Assembly (NCBI GenBank): GCA_036265415.1
Contig: DATAPC010000085.1
Span: 9,449-73,448, forward strand
Direction of reading: 5' to 3'
Length of the DNA: 64,000 bases
From: Gaiella sp.
Lineage (GTDB): Bacteria > Actinomycetota > Thermoleophilia > Gaiellales > Gaiellaceae
In this document: one piece after another, positions 38,227 through 48,791 of the stretch
How positions within the stretch are numbered: position 1 is the first letter of the stretch
Layout: every line of letters starts with the position of its first letter
Position numbers and translations under genes: made by a program
Notes under the pieces: generated by a model
What the model was told of the DNA's origin: nothing
Database searches by the model: none
Seen by the model: the letters and a program-made list of their open reading frames with translations, nothing else

Positions 38227-39503
38227 TGCTCGCCTGCCGGAACGGCCGCCGCGACTCGCTCACGATCCGCGCGCGGGCGATCGACCCGGCCGCAGGCGTC
38301 GACGGGCCGACGAAGGTCACGGTCGAGGACGGGATCGTGACGGCCGTCGAGACGATCGCGGCGGCGCCGGAGGGGCTCGTCCTCGCACCGGCGTTCGTCG
38401 ACCCGCACGTCCACCTGCGGACGCCCGGCCGGGAGGACGAGGAGACGATCGGCTCCGGGACGGAGGCCGCGGCCGCGGGGGGCTACTGCGCGATCGTCGC
38501 CATGCCGAACACCGATCCCGTCGTCGACACTGCTGCGGTGCTCGAGGCGCTCGTCGAGCGCGCCCGCGAGGAGGCCGTCGTCCCGACGGGGTTCACCGCG
38601 GCGATCTCGAAGGGCCAGCGGGGCGAGGAGCTGACCGAGATGGCGGAGCTCGCAGTGGCGGGCGCACTCGCGTTCACGGACGACGGCCGGCCCGTCGCGT
38701 CGGCGGGCCTCATGCGCCGCGCGCTCGCCTACAGCGCCGTCGCCGACCGCCCGCTCGCGCTGCACTGCGAGGAGCCGACGCTCTCGCGCGGCGGGCAGAT
38801 GCACGAGGGCTGCGTCTCCGCCGAGCTCGGGCTCGCCGGCTGGCCGTCGGTCGCCGAGAGCCTGATGGTCGAGCGCGACCTCGCGCTCGCGGCCTTCGAG
38901 CGCCGGCCCGTGCACCTGCAGCACCTCTCGGCGCGCGAGTCGGTCGACGCGGTCCGGCGCGCGCGCGCGAACGGGGTGCGCGTCAGCGCCGAGGCGAGCC
39001 CGCACCACCTCTGCACGACGGACGAGGTCGTCCGTACGCTCGACGCCAACGTGAAGATGAACCCGCCGCTCCGCACCGAGGACGACCGCCGCGCGCTCGT
39101 CGACGGCCTGCTCGACGGCACGATCGACTGCGTCGCCACCGACCACGCGCCCCACGCACGGCAGGAGAAGGACGCGCCGTTCGAGGAGGCGCCCTTCGGG
39201 GTGATCGGCCTCGAGACGGCGTTCGCCGCGCTCAACACGTGGCTCGTGCGAACAGGCGAGGTGCCGCTCACCACCCTCCTCGAGCGAATGTCGGCCGGCC
39301 CCGCGCGTGCCCTCGGCCTTCCGATCCCGTCGATCGCGGTCGGCGCGCCGGCGAATCTCGTGCTGCTCGACCTCGACGCGGAGTGGATGGTGCGCGCGGA
39401 CGCCTTCCGGTCGCGCTCGGCGAACTCGTGGCTCCTCGGGAAGACGCTCGCCGGCGCCATCGTGAAGACGGTCGCCGCCGGCCGGGTGGTGTTCGCGGCG
39501 TGA
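38226..39503 (+). CDS. pyrC: Dihydroorotase
   Basis: DPHVHLRTPG, MPNTDP, KMNPPLR, ATDHAPH. Confidence 0.95.
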   Translation: MLACRNGRRDSLTIRARAIDPAAGVDGPTKVTVEDGIVTAVETIAAAPEGLVLAPAFVDPHVHLRTPGREDEETIGSGTEAAAAGGYCAIVAMPNTDPVVDTAAVLEALVERAREEAVVPTGFTAAISKGQRGEELTEMAELAVAGALAFTDDGRPVASAGLMRRALAYSAVADRPLALHCEEPTLSRGGQMHEGCVSAELGLAGWPSVAESLMVERDLALAAFERRPVHLQHLSARESVDAVRRARANGVRVSAEASPHHLCTTDEVVRTLDANVKMNPPLRTEDDRRALVDGLLDGTIDCVATDHAPHARQEKDAPFEEAPFGVIGLETAFAALNTWLVRTGEVPLTTLLERMSAGPARALGLPIPSIAVGAPANLVLLDLDAEWMVRADAFRSRSANSWLLGKTLAGAIVKTVAAGRVVFAA

Positions 39504-40555
39504 CGGCTCCTCCCGCGGGCTACCTGCTCCTCGAGGACGGCACGGTGTTCCCGGGGCGGTCCGTGGCCGCGGCGGGCGCCGCGTTCGGCGAGGTCGTCTT
39601 CACCACGGGGATGACCGGGTACCAGGAGACCGTCACCGACCCGAGCTACGCGGAGCAGCTCGTCTGCTTCACGGCGCCGATGATCGGCAACTACGGCGTC
39701 GCCGACGCGCGGCTCGAGTCCGAAGCGCCTCACGCGCGGGCAGTTCTGATGCGGCGCCTCGGCGGCGAGGACTGGGCGCTGTGGCTCGCCGAGCGAGGGA
39801 TCGTCGCGCTCGACGAGATCGACACGCGGGGGCTGACGCTGCGGATTCGCGAGGCCGGCGCGATGCGCGGCATGGCCGTGGCGGACGAGCGCACCCTCAC
39901 GCCCGCCGCGGCCCTCGACCAGGTCCGCGCCCAGCCGACGATGGAGGGGTCGGCGCTCGTCGCGACGGTCTCCACGCCGGCGCCGTACGTCGTCTCCGAC
40001 GAGGGGCGGGTGCGCGTCGCGGTCGTCGACTACGGTCTCAAGCGGTCGATCCTCCGTCGCCTCGCCGCAGCGGGGGCGGCGGTGACCGTCTACCCGCACG
40101 TCTGCGAGCCGGACGACCTCGCGTCGCACGACGGTGTTCTGCTCTCGAACGGGCCCGGCGATCCGGCGCCGCTCGTCGAGGAGACGCGCGTCGTCCGGGA
40201 GACGCTCGGCCGCGTGCCGATGCTCGGCATCTGCCTCGGCCACCAGCTGATGGGCCTTGCGACGCACCACGAGACGACGAAGCTGCCCTTCGGCCACCGG
40301 GGGGCCAATCACCCGGTGCTCGACAAGCGCAGTGGCCGCGTGCTCGTGACGAGCCAGAACCACGGGTTCGCCGTCGTCCCGACCGAGGGCACGGAGGAGA
40401 CGCACGTCTCTCTCTACGACGGCACCGTCGAGGGGTTCTCGTTCCCCGAGCTCCGCGCGCAGTCGGTGCAGTTCCACCCCGAGGCAGGCCCGGGCCCGCA
40501 CGACGCCTGGCCGATTCTCGAGTCCTGGGTGGAGGAGCTCGCACATGCCGGCTAG
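39500..40555 (+). CDS. carA: Carbamoyl-phosphate synthase small subunit
   Basis: [46 protein letters not shown]. Confidence 0.96.
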   Translation: MTAPPAGYLLLEDGTVFPGRSVAAAGAAFGEVVFTTGMTGYQETVTDPSYAEQLVCFTAPMIGNYGVADARLESEAPHARAVLMRRLGGEDWALWLAERGIVALDEIDTRGLTLRIREAGAMRGMAVADERTLTPAAALDQVRAQPTMEGSALVATVSTPAPYVVSDEGRVRVAVVDYGLKRSILRRLAAAGAAVTVYPHVCEPDDLASHDGVLLSNGPGDPAPLVEETRVVRETLGRVPMLGICLGHQLMGLATHHETTKLPFGHRGANHPVLDKRSGRVLVTSQNHGFAVVPTEGTEETHVSLYDGTVEGFSFPELRAQSVQFHPEAGPGPHDAWPILESWVEELAHAG

Positions 40556-43500
40556 GCGCGACCTTCGCTCGATCTGCGTGATCGGCTCGGGCCCGATCGT
40601 GATCGGCCAGGCGTGCGAGTTCGACTACGCCGGTTGCCAGGCCCTGAAGGTGTTGCGGGAGGACGGCTACCGCACGATCGTCGTCAACTCGAACCCCGCG
40701 ACGATCATGACCGACCCGGGATTCGCCGACCGCACGTACATCGAGCCGCTCGACCTCGAGGGCGTCGCGGATGTCCTCCGGCGCGAGCGGCCCGACGCGC
40801 TCCTCCCGACACTCGGCGGACAGACCGCTCTCAACCTCGCGATCGAGCTCGAGGCCGCCGGCGTGCTCGATGAGCTCGGCGTCGAGCTGCTCGGTGCGCG
40901 CGTCGACGTGATCCGCCGTGCGGAGGACCGCCAGCTCTTCCGCGAGGCCGTCCAGAGCTGTGGGCTCGGCGTGCCGGAGTCGCACATCGTCGAGTCGCTC
41001 GGCGACCTGGCCGGCGCCCCCGTGCCGGCCGTCGTCCGGCCCGCGTTCACGCTCGGCGGCCACGGAGGCGGCTTCGCGGACGACGAGGCCGCCCTCAGGC
41101 GCCAGGTCGAGCGCGGGTTGAGCGAGTCGCCGATCGGGCAGGTCCTCGTCGAGGAGTCGATCCGCGGCTGGGACGAGTTCGAGCTGGAGGTCATCCGCGA
41201 CCGCGCCGACAACGTCGTGATCGTCTGCTCGATCGAGAACCTCGACCCGATGGGCGTCCACACGGGCGACTCGGTCACCGTCGCACCGCAGATGACCCTC
41301 TCGGACGAGGCGTACCAGGAGCTGCGCGACGCCGCGGCGGCCGTGATTCGCGCGGTGGGCGTCGAGACCGGCGGGTCGAACATCCAGTTCGCGCGCCACC
41401 GCGACACCGGCGAGCTGCGCGTGATCGAGATGAACCCGCGCGTGTCCCGGTCGTCGGCGCTCGCCTCGAAGGCGACCGGGTACCCGATCGCGAAGGTCGC
41501 GGCGAAGCTCGCGGTCGGCTACACGCTCGACGAGATCCCGAACGACCTGACGAAGACCACGCCGGCGAGCTTCGAGCCGACGCTCGACTACGTCGTCGTC
41601 AAGTTCCCGCGCTTCGCCTTCGAGAAGTTCCCGGGCGCCGACGCGACGCTCGGCACCCAGATGAAGTCCGTCGGCGAGGCGATGGGGATCGGCCGGACGT
41701 TCACGGAGGCGTTCCTCAAGGCCTTCGGCTCCCGGGAGCTCGAGCCGGGCTCACGGACGCCGTGGGCGACGATCGACGACCTTCCCGAGGGCCTCCATCC
41801 GTGGTTCGTCGGCCAGCTCGAGGCGGCGAAGCGCGAGCTGCGCACCGGCGACATCCGGCGCGCGAAGCGAGCGGGGTGGGGCGACGACTCGATCGGCGCC
41901 GCCTGGGGCACCTCGGGCGAGGACGTGCGCCGCACCCGCTACGCGCGCGGGATCAAGCCGGCGTACCGTCGGGTCGACTCGTGCGGCGGCGAGGTCGAGG
42001 CGGCCTCGAACTACCTCTACTCGACCTGGGGCGAGGACGACGAGGGCCCCCCTCCGGGGACGAAGCCGCGGGTCGTGATCCTCGGCTCGGGACCGAACCG
42101 AATCGGACAGGGGATCGAGTTCGACTATTGCTGCGTCCACGCCGTGCAGACGTTCCGCTCGCTCGGCTACGAGGCGGTGATGGTCAACTGCAACCCGGAG
42201 ACCGTCTCGACGGACTACGACACGTCGGACCGGCTCTACTTCGAGCCGCTCTCGCCCGAGGAGGTCCTCGCCGTGCTCGACCGGGAGCGCCCGGTCGGGG
42301 TCGTGACGCAGTTCGGCGGTCAGACGCCGCTCCGTCTCGCGCGACACATCGAGGCGGCCGGGTACCGGATCCTCGGCACCCCGCACGCGGCGATCGACCT
42401 CGCGGAGGACCGGGAGCGGTTCGGAGCGCTCGCGCGCGACCTCGGTGTCCGCTGCCCGCCGTGGTCGACCGTCGAGGGCGCTGAGGAGGCACTCGCTGCC
42501 GCGCGCGAGATCGGCTATCCCGTCCTCGTCCGCCCGTCGTACGTGCTCGGCGGCCGCGCGATGCGGATCTGCGACGGCGAGGACGACCTGCGCGCCGCGA
42601 TGGGCGCGGTGAGCGGGCCGGTTCTCGTCGACCGCTTCGTCGAGAACGCGATCGAGATCGACGTCGACGCCCTGTGCGACGGGACCGACGTCTACATCGG
42701 GGCTGTGATGCAGCACGTGGAGGAGGCGGGCGTCCACTCGGGCGACTCCTCGTGCGTCCTTCCCGCGCAGTCGCTGACGCTGGCGAACGCCCTGGAGGTC
42801 GAGCACGTCGTGCGGCGCCTCGGGCCCGCTCTGGGCGTTGTCGGGCTGCTCAACGTGCAGCTCGCGATCGCCGACTCGACGGTGTACGTGCTCGAGGCGA
42901 ACCCGCGCGCGTCGCGCACCGTTCCGTTCGCGAGCAAGGCGACGGGTGTCAACCTCGTCGCGGCGGCCTGTCGCCTCGCACACGGCGACAGACTGGCCGA
43001 CCTCGCACTGGAGGCGCCGAGGCCGGCGGAGGTGAGCGTGAAGGCGGCGGTGCTGCCGTTCGCCCGCTTCTCGGGCGCCGACCCGGTGCTCGGGCCGGAG
43101 ATGCGCTCGACCGGCGAGGTGATGGCGACCGCCTCCGACCTCCCCACGGCGTTCGCGAAGGCCGAGCGCGCCGCCGGCCGGCCGCTGCCGACGTCGGGCA
43201 TCGCCTTCCTCTCGGTCCGCGACGCGGACAAGACGAGCATCGCTCCGATCGCCGCCGCGCTGGCCGGCCTCGGCTTCGAGCTCGTGGCGACCGAGGGAAC
43301 CGCGCGTACGCTGCGTGCGGCAGGTCTCGAGGTCGAGGAGGTCGGAAAGGTGGCCGAGTCCGGGCCGGGCGACCCGACGGTCGTCGACCTGATCCGCGAG
43401 CACCGGTGCAACGTCGTCGTGAACACGCCGCAGGGGTCGGGTGCGCGCGCCGACGGCTACCTGATCCGGGAGGCGGCGCTCGTCGCCCGTGTCCCGTGCA

Positions 43501-43619
43501 TCACGACCGTCGCCGGGGCCGCCGCCGCCGTCCATGCGATCGCGAACGCCCGCGCCGAGGCGACGATGTCGCTGCAGGAGCGCATCGGCGCCGTGTCAGC
43601 CGCCCGCGCGGCCGGCTGA
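40545..43619 (+). CDS. carB: Carbamoyl-phosphate synthase large subunit
   Basis: [51 protein letters not shown]-like C-terminus. Confidence 0.97.
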   Translation: MPARRDLRSICVIGSGPIVIGQACEFDYAGCQALKVLREDGYRTIVVNSNPATIMTDPGFADRTYIEPLDLEGVADVLRRERPDALLPTLGGQTALNLAIELEAAGVLDELGVELLGARVDVIRRAEDRQLFREAVQSCGLGVPESHIVESLGDLAGAPVPAVVRPAFTLGGHGGGFADDEAALRRQVERGLSESPIGQVLVEESIRGWDEFELEVIRDRADNVVIVCSIENLDPMGVHTGDSVTVAPQMTLSDEAYQELRDAAAAVIRAVGVETGGSNIQFARHRDTGELRVIEMNPRVSRSSALASKATGYPIAKVAAKLAVGYTLDEIPNDLTKTTPASFEPTLDYVVVKFPRFAFEKFPGADATLGTQMKSVGEAMGIGRTFTEAFLKAFGSRELEPGSRTPWATIDDLPEGLHPWFVGQLEAAKRELRTGDIRRAKRAGWGDDSIGAAWGTSGEDVRRTRYARGIKPAYRRVDSCGGEVEAASNYLYSTWGEDDEGPPPGTKPRVVILGSGPNRIGQGIEFDYCCVHAVQTFRSLGYEAVMVNCNPETVSTDYDTSDRLYFEPLSPEEVLAVLDRERPVGVVTQFGGQTPLRLARHIEAAGYRILGTPHAAIDLAEDRERFGALARDLGVRCPPWSTVEGAEEALAAAREIGYPVLVRPSYVLGGRAMRICDGEDDLRAAMGAVSGPVLVDRFVENAIEIDVDALCDGTDVYIGAVMQHVEEAGVHSGDSSCVLPAQSLTLANALEVEHVVRRLGPALGVVGLLNVQLAIADSTVYVLEANPRASRTVPFASKATGVNLVAAACRLAHGDRLADLALEAPRPAEVSVKAAVLPFARFSGADPVLGPEMRSTGEVMATASDLPTAFAKAERAAGRPLPTSGIAFLSVRDADKTSIAPIAAALAGLGFELVATEGTARTLRAAGLEVEEVGKVAESGPGDPTVVDLIREHRCNVVVNTPQGSGARADGYLIREAALVARVPCITTVAGAAAAVHAIANARAEATMSLQERIGAVSAARAAG

Positions 43620-43621
43620 CC

Positions 43622-44284
43622 ATGCGAAGCGAGCGCCTCGCGGTGGTCGCCAACGAGGCGATCGGCCCGTACAGCCTCGTGCGCCTCGAGCGCGGCGGGC
43701 TCGACGCCGGCACTCCCGGACAGTTCTTCATGCTCGAGGCGCCGGGCCGTGTGCTGCCACGTCCCTTCTCGCTCTGCATCGCGCCCGCGGGCGAGCTCGG
43801 CTTCCTCGTCGACCCGGTCGGACCCGGGACGACGGCGATCGCCGGGCTCGCGCGCGGCGACGCGATCAGGATCACGGGGCCGCTCGGCAACGGCTTCGAC
43901 CTCTCGGTCGGGCGCCCGCTCCTCGTGGGGGGAGGCATCGGCGTCGCGCCGTTCCCCTACCTCTCAGAGCGCCTCGGTGCGCCGCCCGCGCTCCTCGGCT
44001 TCCGCACGGCGCACCATGCGGAGGCCGCTGCGCTCGTCCCGAACGCCGAGGTGGTCCTCGACCCAACGCTCGTCACCGACGCCCTGCCGGACGACCCGGG
44101 CGACGTGCTGGCCTGCGGCCCTGAGCCGATGCTCGACGCCCTCGAGCGGCTGACACCGGGCGCGCAGCTCGCGCGCGAGGCGCCGATGGCATGCGGCTAC
44201 GGCGCCTGCTACGGCTGCGTCGTCGAGCTCGAGGGCGCCTACCGCAGGCTGTGTATCGACGGGCCGGTGCTGACCGCGGCATGA
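43622..44284 (+). CDS. pyrK: Dihydroorotate dehydrogenase electron-transfer subunit
   Basis: PGQFFM..RPFS, GPLGNGF, GGGIGVAP, CGPEPM, MACGYGACYGC..C.DGPV. Confidence 0.92.
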   Translation: MRSERLAVVANEAIGPYSLVRLERGGLDAGTPGQFFMLEAPGRVLPRPFSLCIAPAGELGFLVDPVGPGTTAIAGLARGDAIRITGPLGNGFDLSVGRPLLVGGGIGVAPFPYLSERLGAPPALLGFRTAHHAEAAALVPNAEVVLDPTLVTDALPDDPGDVLACGPEPMLDALERLTPGAQLAREAPMACGYGACYGCVVELEGAYRRLCIDGPVLTAA

Positions 44285-45129
44285 CCGTCCCGATCCTCAA
44301 CGCATCCGGGTGCCTCGACGCCCTGGTCGCCCCCGAGGTCGCGCGTTCGCTCGACGTCTTCGTCACCAAAACGATCACGCCGGAGCCGCGGCACGGCAAC
44401 CCGCCCGTGCGCATCGCCGAGACCGACCACGGCATGCTCAACTCGATCGGGCTCCAGGGGCCGGGGATCGAGGCGTTCGTCCGGGAGCACCTCCCGCGGC
44501 TCGCGACCCTCGACACGACGCTGTGGGTCTCCGTCGGCGGATTCTCGGCGGAGGACTTCGCCCGCTGCTGCTCCGCCCTGGAGGGCGACGAGCGTGTCGC
44601 GGCGATCGAGCTCAACCTTTCGTGCCCGAACGTCGAGGAGGCGCCGGAGACGGCAGCCGAGCTCGTCGCCGCGGCGCGCGGATCGACGACGAAGACGCTG
44701 TACGCGAAGCTCTCGCCGGCGCAGTGGGACGTCGCTGCGGCGGCGCGCGCGGTGGTCGCGGCCGGAGCCGACGGGCTCTCGCTCGTCAACACGATCCGGG
44801 GCCTCGCGATCGATCCGGCCACGATGCGGCCGCGCCTCGAACTGTCCATGGGCGGCTATTCCGGCCCGGCGCTGAAGCCCATAGCGCTCGCCTGCGTGCA
44901 CGCCTGCGCGGCTGCCGTGGACGTGCCGATCGTCGGGATGGGTGGCGTCTGGTCGGGGCGCGACGCGCTCGAGCTCCTCTCTGCGGGCGCGAGCGCCGTG
45001 GCGCTCGGCACGGTCCTGTTCGCCGACCCCTTCGCACCCGCGCGCATCCGCGCCGAGCTCGAGGCGGAAGCGGCCACTCGTCATGTCGCGATTCCGTCGA
45101 CATCTGGCACGACGCCGTTGTCATCGTAG
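44281..45129 (+). CDS. pyrD: Dihydroorotate dehydrogenase (family 1B)
   Basis: NASG, GNPPVRIAE..GMLNSIGLQGPG, ELNLSCPNV, KLSP, GGYSGPALKP. Confidence 0.93.
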   Translation: MTVPILNASGCLDALVAPEVARSLDVFVTKTITPEPRHGNPPVRIAETDHGMLNSIGLQGPGIEAFVREHLPRLATLDTTLWVSVGGFSAEDFARCCSALEGDERVAAIELNLSCPNVEEAPETAAELVAAARGSTTKTLYAKLSPAQWDVAAAARAVVAAGADGLSLVNTIRGLAIDPATMRPRLELSMGGYSGPALKPIALACVHACAAAVDVPIVGMGGVWSGRDALELLSAGASAVALGTVLFADPFAPARIRAELEAEAATRHVAIPSTSGTTPLSS

Positions 45130-45191
45130 AAAAAGGCCTGCAAAAGGGCGAAAACGGTACTGCTTGATCGCCGGCCAGACAGTGCTAGACT
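45130..45191 (+). promoter_or_regulatory. mIHF promoter with phased A-tracts
   Basis: A-tracts at 45130, 45142, 45151; TTGATC-16nt-TAGACT with TG extension. Confidence 0.65.
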
Positions 45192-45202
45192 CGGCGCCTC
45201 AC

Positions 45203-45535
45203 ATGGTCACGTCGAAGACGCACGCCCAGGCCCCGGCCCGGTCGCTCGATCAGCGGATGGAAGCCCTCCAGCGTGCGAACGACATCCGCGTGCGCCGTGC
45301 CCAGCTGAAGAAGGACCTGAAGGACGGCAGCGTCCAGATCGAGTCGATCCTGCTCGATCCCCCGGACTACGTCTCGACCGCGAAAGTCTTCGACATGCTG
45401 ATGGCCGTCCCCAAGTTCGGCCGCGTGAAGGCGGCCCGCCTGTTGAACCAGTGCCGGATCAGCCAGTCGAAGACCGTCGGGGGCCTCTCCGAGCGGCAGC
45501 GCGCCGAGCTCGTCAATCTGTTCAACCAGAGGTGA
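45203..45535 (+). CDS. mihF: Actinobacterial integration host factor
   Basis: QRMEALQRAN.IRVRRAQLKKDLKDG..AVPKFGRVKA..ISQSKTVGGLS.RQR; located before gmk. Confidence 0.92.
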   Translation: MVTSKTHAQAPARSLDQRMEALQRANDIRVRRAQLKKDLKDGSVQIESILLDPPDYVSTAKVFDMLMAVPKFGRVKAARLLNQCRISQSKTVGGLSERQRAELVNLFNQR

Positions 45536-46164
45536 GCTCGGGCCACGGCGGCCGGGCTGGGCCGGTGCGTCCGGTCTTCGTCGTCACAGGGCCTTCCGGG
45601 GCGGGCAAGGGGACGCTCATCCGGTTGCTGCTCGAGCGGCTTCCCGAGCTCGAGGTCGCGATCTCGGCGACGACACGTCCGCTGCGGGCCGGCGAGGAGA
45701 ACGGCCGCGAGTACTGGTTTCTGAGCGAGGACGAGTTCGCCGAGCGCGTCGCACGGAAGGCGTTCCTCGAGTGGGTCGAATACGTGTCGCGGAAGCGGTA
45801 CGGGACGTTGCGCTCCGAGATCGAGCGGATCGCCGACAATGGCCACGTCTGCGTGCTCGAGCTCGAGCTCGACGGTGCGCTCCACGTGCAGGCGGAGGTG
45901 CCGGGTGCCTGCACGATCTTCATCTCGGCCGACGTCGACGAGCTCGAGCGTCGTCTTCGCGAGCGCGCGACCGAGTCGACCGGCGAGATCGAGGACCGGA
46001 TCACGCTGGCGCGCGCGCAGCTCGAGCAGGCCCACCGGTTTCGCTACATGGTGCGCAACGACGACGTCACGCGCGCAGCGGAGGTGCTTTCCGCGATCGT
46101 GGAACGAGAGCTGGCCATCTCGTGCGTGGGGTCAGCCCTCCTGGGTGAATCCCAGACGGGGTAG
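45532..46164 (+). CDS. gmk: Guanylate kinase
   Basis: TGPSGAGKGT, SATTRPLRAGEENGREY.F, YGT, ELERRLRERATE. Confidence 0.95.
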   Translation: MSSGHGGRAGPVRPVFVVTGPSGAGKGTLIRLLLERLPELEVAISATTRPLRAGEENGREYWFLSEDEFAERVARKAFLEWVEYVSRKRYGTLRSEIERIADNGHVCVLELELDGALHVQAEVPGACTIFISADVDELERRLRERATESTGEIEDRITLARAQLEQAHRFRYMVRNDDVTRAAEVLSAIVERELAISCVGSALLGESQTG

Positions 46165-46278
46165 GCCCGAGGCTGCGCTCGGACCGGCGGGGTGCTCGCC
46201 GTCCGACTCGAGGTCGGACGCCAGCCGGCCACGGTCAGCCGTCTACGTGCCGCAGGTCGCAGGTACCATGGTTAACCG

Positions 46279-46539
46279 ATGATCGAGCCACGCATCGACG
46301 AGCTCCTCTCCCACACGGGCACCGAGACGGATCCGCCGTCGCGGTACGCGCTCGTGATCATGGCCGCGAAGCGGGCCCGTCAGATCAACAACTACCACCA
46401 CCAGCTCGGCGAGGGTCTCGGGCTGGAGGATGCGCCCCCGCCGCTCGTCGAGTCCCGCTCCAAGAACTACCTGACGATGGCGATGGAGGAGATCTCCCGG
46501 GGCAAGCTGACGTTCGCGTACGACGCTCCCGCGTCGTAG
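46279..46539 (+). CDS. rpoZ: RNA polymerase omega subunit
   Basis: IDELL..SRYALVIMAAKRARQIN.Y..L..AMEEI..G. Confidence 0.95.
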   Translation: MIEPRIDELLSHTGTETDPPSRYALVIMAAKRARQINNYHHQLGEGLGLEDAPPPLVESRSKNYLTMAMEEISRGKLTFAYDAPAS

Positions 46540-46653
46540 GCGGCTTCGGGTAGCGGCCGCCTTCAGGGATGTGCCTCGCCCGAAGGCGAGGATCCGAGCG
46601 GCGGAGATCGGTGCGTCGGACTTCTGCCTGCAAACAACAGCCACAATGTGCGC

Positions 46654-47823
46654 GTGGCGCGCATCGTCGTCGGGGTGACGGGTGGCATCGCCGCCTACAA
46701 GGCCTGCGAGCTCGTGCGCCTGCTCGTGCGGGCAGGCCACGACGTCACGCCCGTGCTCACGCGGGGCGCCGAGCGGTTCGTCGCCGCAGAGACCTTCTGG
46801 GCGCTGGCCCGGCGGTCGCCCCCGGCCGATCCCTACCCGCATCTCCAGGACGCCGATGCGCTCGTCGTCGCGCCACTCACCGCACACACGCTCGCGCGGC
46901 TTGCGCACGGGCTCGCCGACGACCTCCTGACCGAGACGGCGCTCGCGCACCGTGGGCCGCTCGTGGTCGCGCCGGCGATGAACTCGGCGATGTGGGAGCA
47001 CCCGGCGACGCGGGCGAATCTCGCGCTGCTCGTCGAGCGCGGCGCGGTCGTCCTTGGGCCCGAAGAGGGCGAGCTCGCCGAGGGGCTCGTCGCGATGGGA
47101 CGCATGGCGGAGCCCGAGGAGATCGCGCGACGGGTCGAGGGCGTCCTCGGGGGCACGAGCGAGAGCGCGTCCCTCGCCGGCCTCCACGTGCTCGTGACGG
47201 CGGGCGGGACGCGCGAACCGCTCGACGGCGTCCGGTTCGTCGGCAACCGCTCGTCCGGGAAGATGGGTGTCGCTCTCGCCGAAGCCGCCCGCGAGCGCGG
47301 CGCACGCGTGACGCTGCTCGGCGCCAACCTTCACGTCCCGGTTCCCCGGGGGGTCGAGCTCGTGCCCACGCCGACGGCGTCGGACCTGCGGCGCGAGGCG
47401 CTCGCGCGCGCCGACGCGGACGTCGTCCTGATGGCGGCGGCGGTGGCCGACTACCGGCCGGCGGAGGTGCATCGCGGGAAGCGCCCGAAGACATCAGACC
47501 CCTGGACGGTCGCTCTGGTGCCGACGGCCGACGTCGCGCGCGCACTCGGTGCGGCCAGACGCGAAGGGCAGGTGCTCGTCGCCTTCGGCGCCGAGAGCGG
47601 GGAGGACGGCCTCGCGCGGAAACGCGCGATGCTGACGGACAAGAACGTGGATCTCGTCGTCTACAACGACGTGGGCCGCGACGACATCGGCTTCGACGCC
47701 GAGGACAACGAGGTCGTCCTCGTGACGCACGCCGGAGAGCGGACCGTCGCGAAGGCATCGAAGGCCGTGATCGCGGGCGTCGTACTCGACGAGGTCGAGC
47801 GACTGCGCGAGGGAACCGGATGA
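46654..47823 (+). CDS. coaBC: Phosphopantothenoylcysteine decarboxylase/ligase
   Basis: GVTGGIAAYKA, APAMNSAMWEH, TAGGTREPLDGVRFVGNRSSGKMG, AAAVADY. Confidence 0.96.
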   Translation: MARIVVGVTGGIAAYKACELVRLLVRAGHDVTPVLTRGAERFVAAETFWALARRSPPADPYPHLQDADALVVAPLTAHTLARLAHGLADDLLTETALAHRGPLVVAPAMNSAMWEHPATRANLALLVERGAVVLGPEEGELAEGLVAMGRMAEPEEIARRVEGVLGGTSESASLAGLHVLVTAGGTREPLDGVRFVGNRSSGKMGVALAEAARERGARVTLLGANLHVPVPRGVELVPTPTASDLRREALARADADVVLMAAAVADYRPAEVHRGKRPKTSDPWTVALVPTADVARALGAARREGQVLVAFGAESGEDGLARKRAMLTDKNVDLVVYNDVGRDDIGFDAEDNEVVLVTHAGERTVAKASKAVIAGVVLDEVERLREGTG

Positions 47824-48791
47824 GCGAGAACGCCGAGCTCCGACCCGCGGCGGCCGGCGAGGCCGCAGCGGCGCTCGCGGCGCGCGTCGTCGCGAACCTC
47901 GGCTCGGCCGTCCACGCCTCGCAGGAGACCCTGCGCCTGCCCTTCCTGTGCCTGCTCTCCGAGGGTCACGTGCTCGTCGAGGACGTCCCCGGCGTCGGGA
48001 AGACCGTGCTCGCCAAGGCGCTCGCCCGCTCGCTCGAGCTCGGCTTCCACCGCGTGCAGTTCACGCCCGACCTGCTTCCCGCCGACGTCACGGGCGTCAA
48101 CGTCTTCGACCGCCAGAGCGGGCTGTTCCGCTTCCGGCCCGGACCGGTGTTCGCGAACGTCGTCCTCGTCGACGAGATCAACCGCGCGTCGCCGAAGACG
48201 CAGTCCGCACTCCTCGAGGCGATGCAGGAGACGCAGGTCACCGTCGACGGCGCGACGCACGCGCTCGAGCGGCCGTTCCTCGTCATCGCGACGCAGAACC
48301 CGATCGAGTACGAGGGCACCTATCCGCTGCCGGAGGCCCAGCTCGACCGTTTCGCAGTGCGCATGACGATCGGCTACCCTCCACACGCGGACGAGGCGCG
48401 CATGCTCGCAGAGCAGACGACGGAGCCGCCGCTCGACAACCTGGCTCCCGTCGCGACCCGTGCCGAGGTCGCGGCGGCGATCGAGGCGGCACGCGGGGTG
48501 CACGTCGAGGAGGCGCTCAACCGCTACGTCGTCGCCCTCCTGCGTCACACCCGTGCGAACGACCGGATCGCGCTCGGCGGCAGCCCCCGCTCCGGGATCG
48601 CGCTGCTCAGCCTCGCCAAGGCGCGCGCCCTCGTCGAGGGCCGCGACTTCGTCGTCCCCGAAGACATTCGCGCACTGGCGGTGTCCGTGCTCGCACACCG
48701 GCTGATCCTCGCGCCCGAGGCGCGCGCCACCGGCGTGACGGTCGAGCAAGTCGTGCTCGACGCCGTCGCGGCGACTCCCGCTCCGGTATGA
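47820..48791 (+). CDS. MoxR family AAA+ ATPase
   Basis: EDVPGVGKT, RVQFTPDLLPADVTG, DEINRASPKTQSALLEAMQE, ATQNPIEYEGTYPLPEAQLDRF. Confidence 0.96.
   Translation: MSENAELRPAAAGEAAAALAARVVANLGSAVHASQETLRLPFLCLLSEGHVLVEDVPGVGKTVLAKALARSLELGFHRVQFTPDLLPADVTGVNVFDRQSGLFRFRPGPVFANVVLVDEINRASPKTQSALLEAMQETQVTVDGATHALERPFLVIATQNPIEYEGTYPLPEAQLDRFAVRMTIGYPPHADEARMLAEQTTEPPLDNLAPVATRAEVAAAIEAARGVHVEEALNRYVVALLRHTRANDRIALGGSPRSGIALLSLAKARALVEGRDFVVPEDIRALAVSVLAHRLILAPEARATGVTVEQVVLDAVAATPAPV

Noticed and set aside
46140-46240. c-di-AMP riboswitch or HDV-like ribozyme
   Set aside because: GGGTGAATC and GGCCGGC/GCCGGTC are present, but the other required motifs and pseudoknot elements are missing
15746-46550. 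GCGGCTTCG recurring in intergenic regions (15746, 21409, 46540) as a REP core
   Set aside because: Also occurs inside coding sequence (about 13830 and 41068); expected by chance
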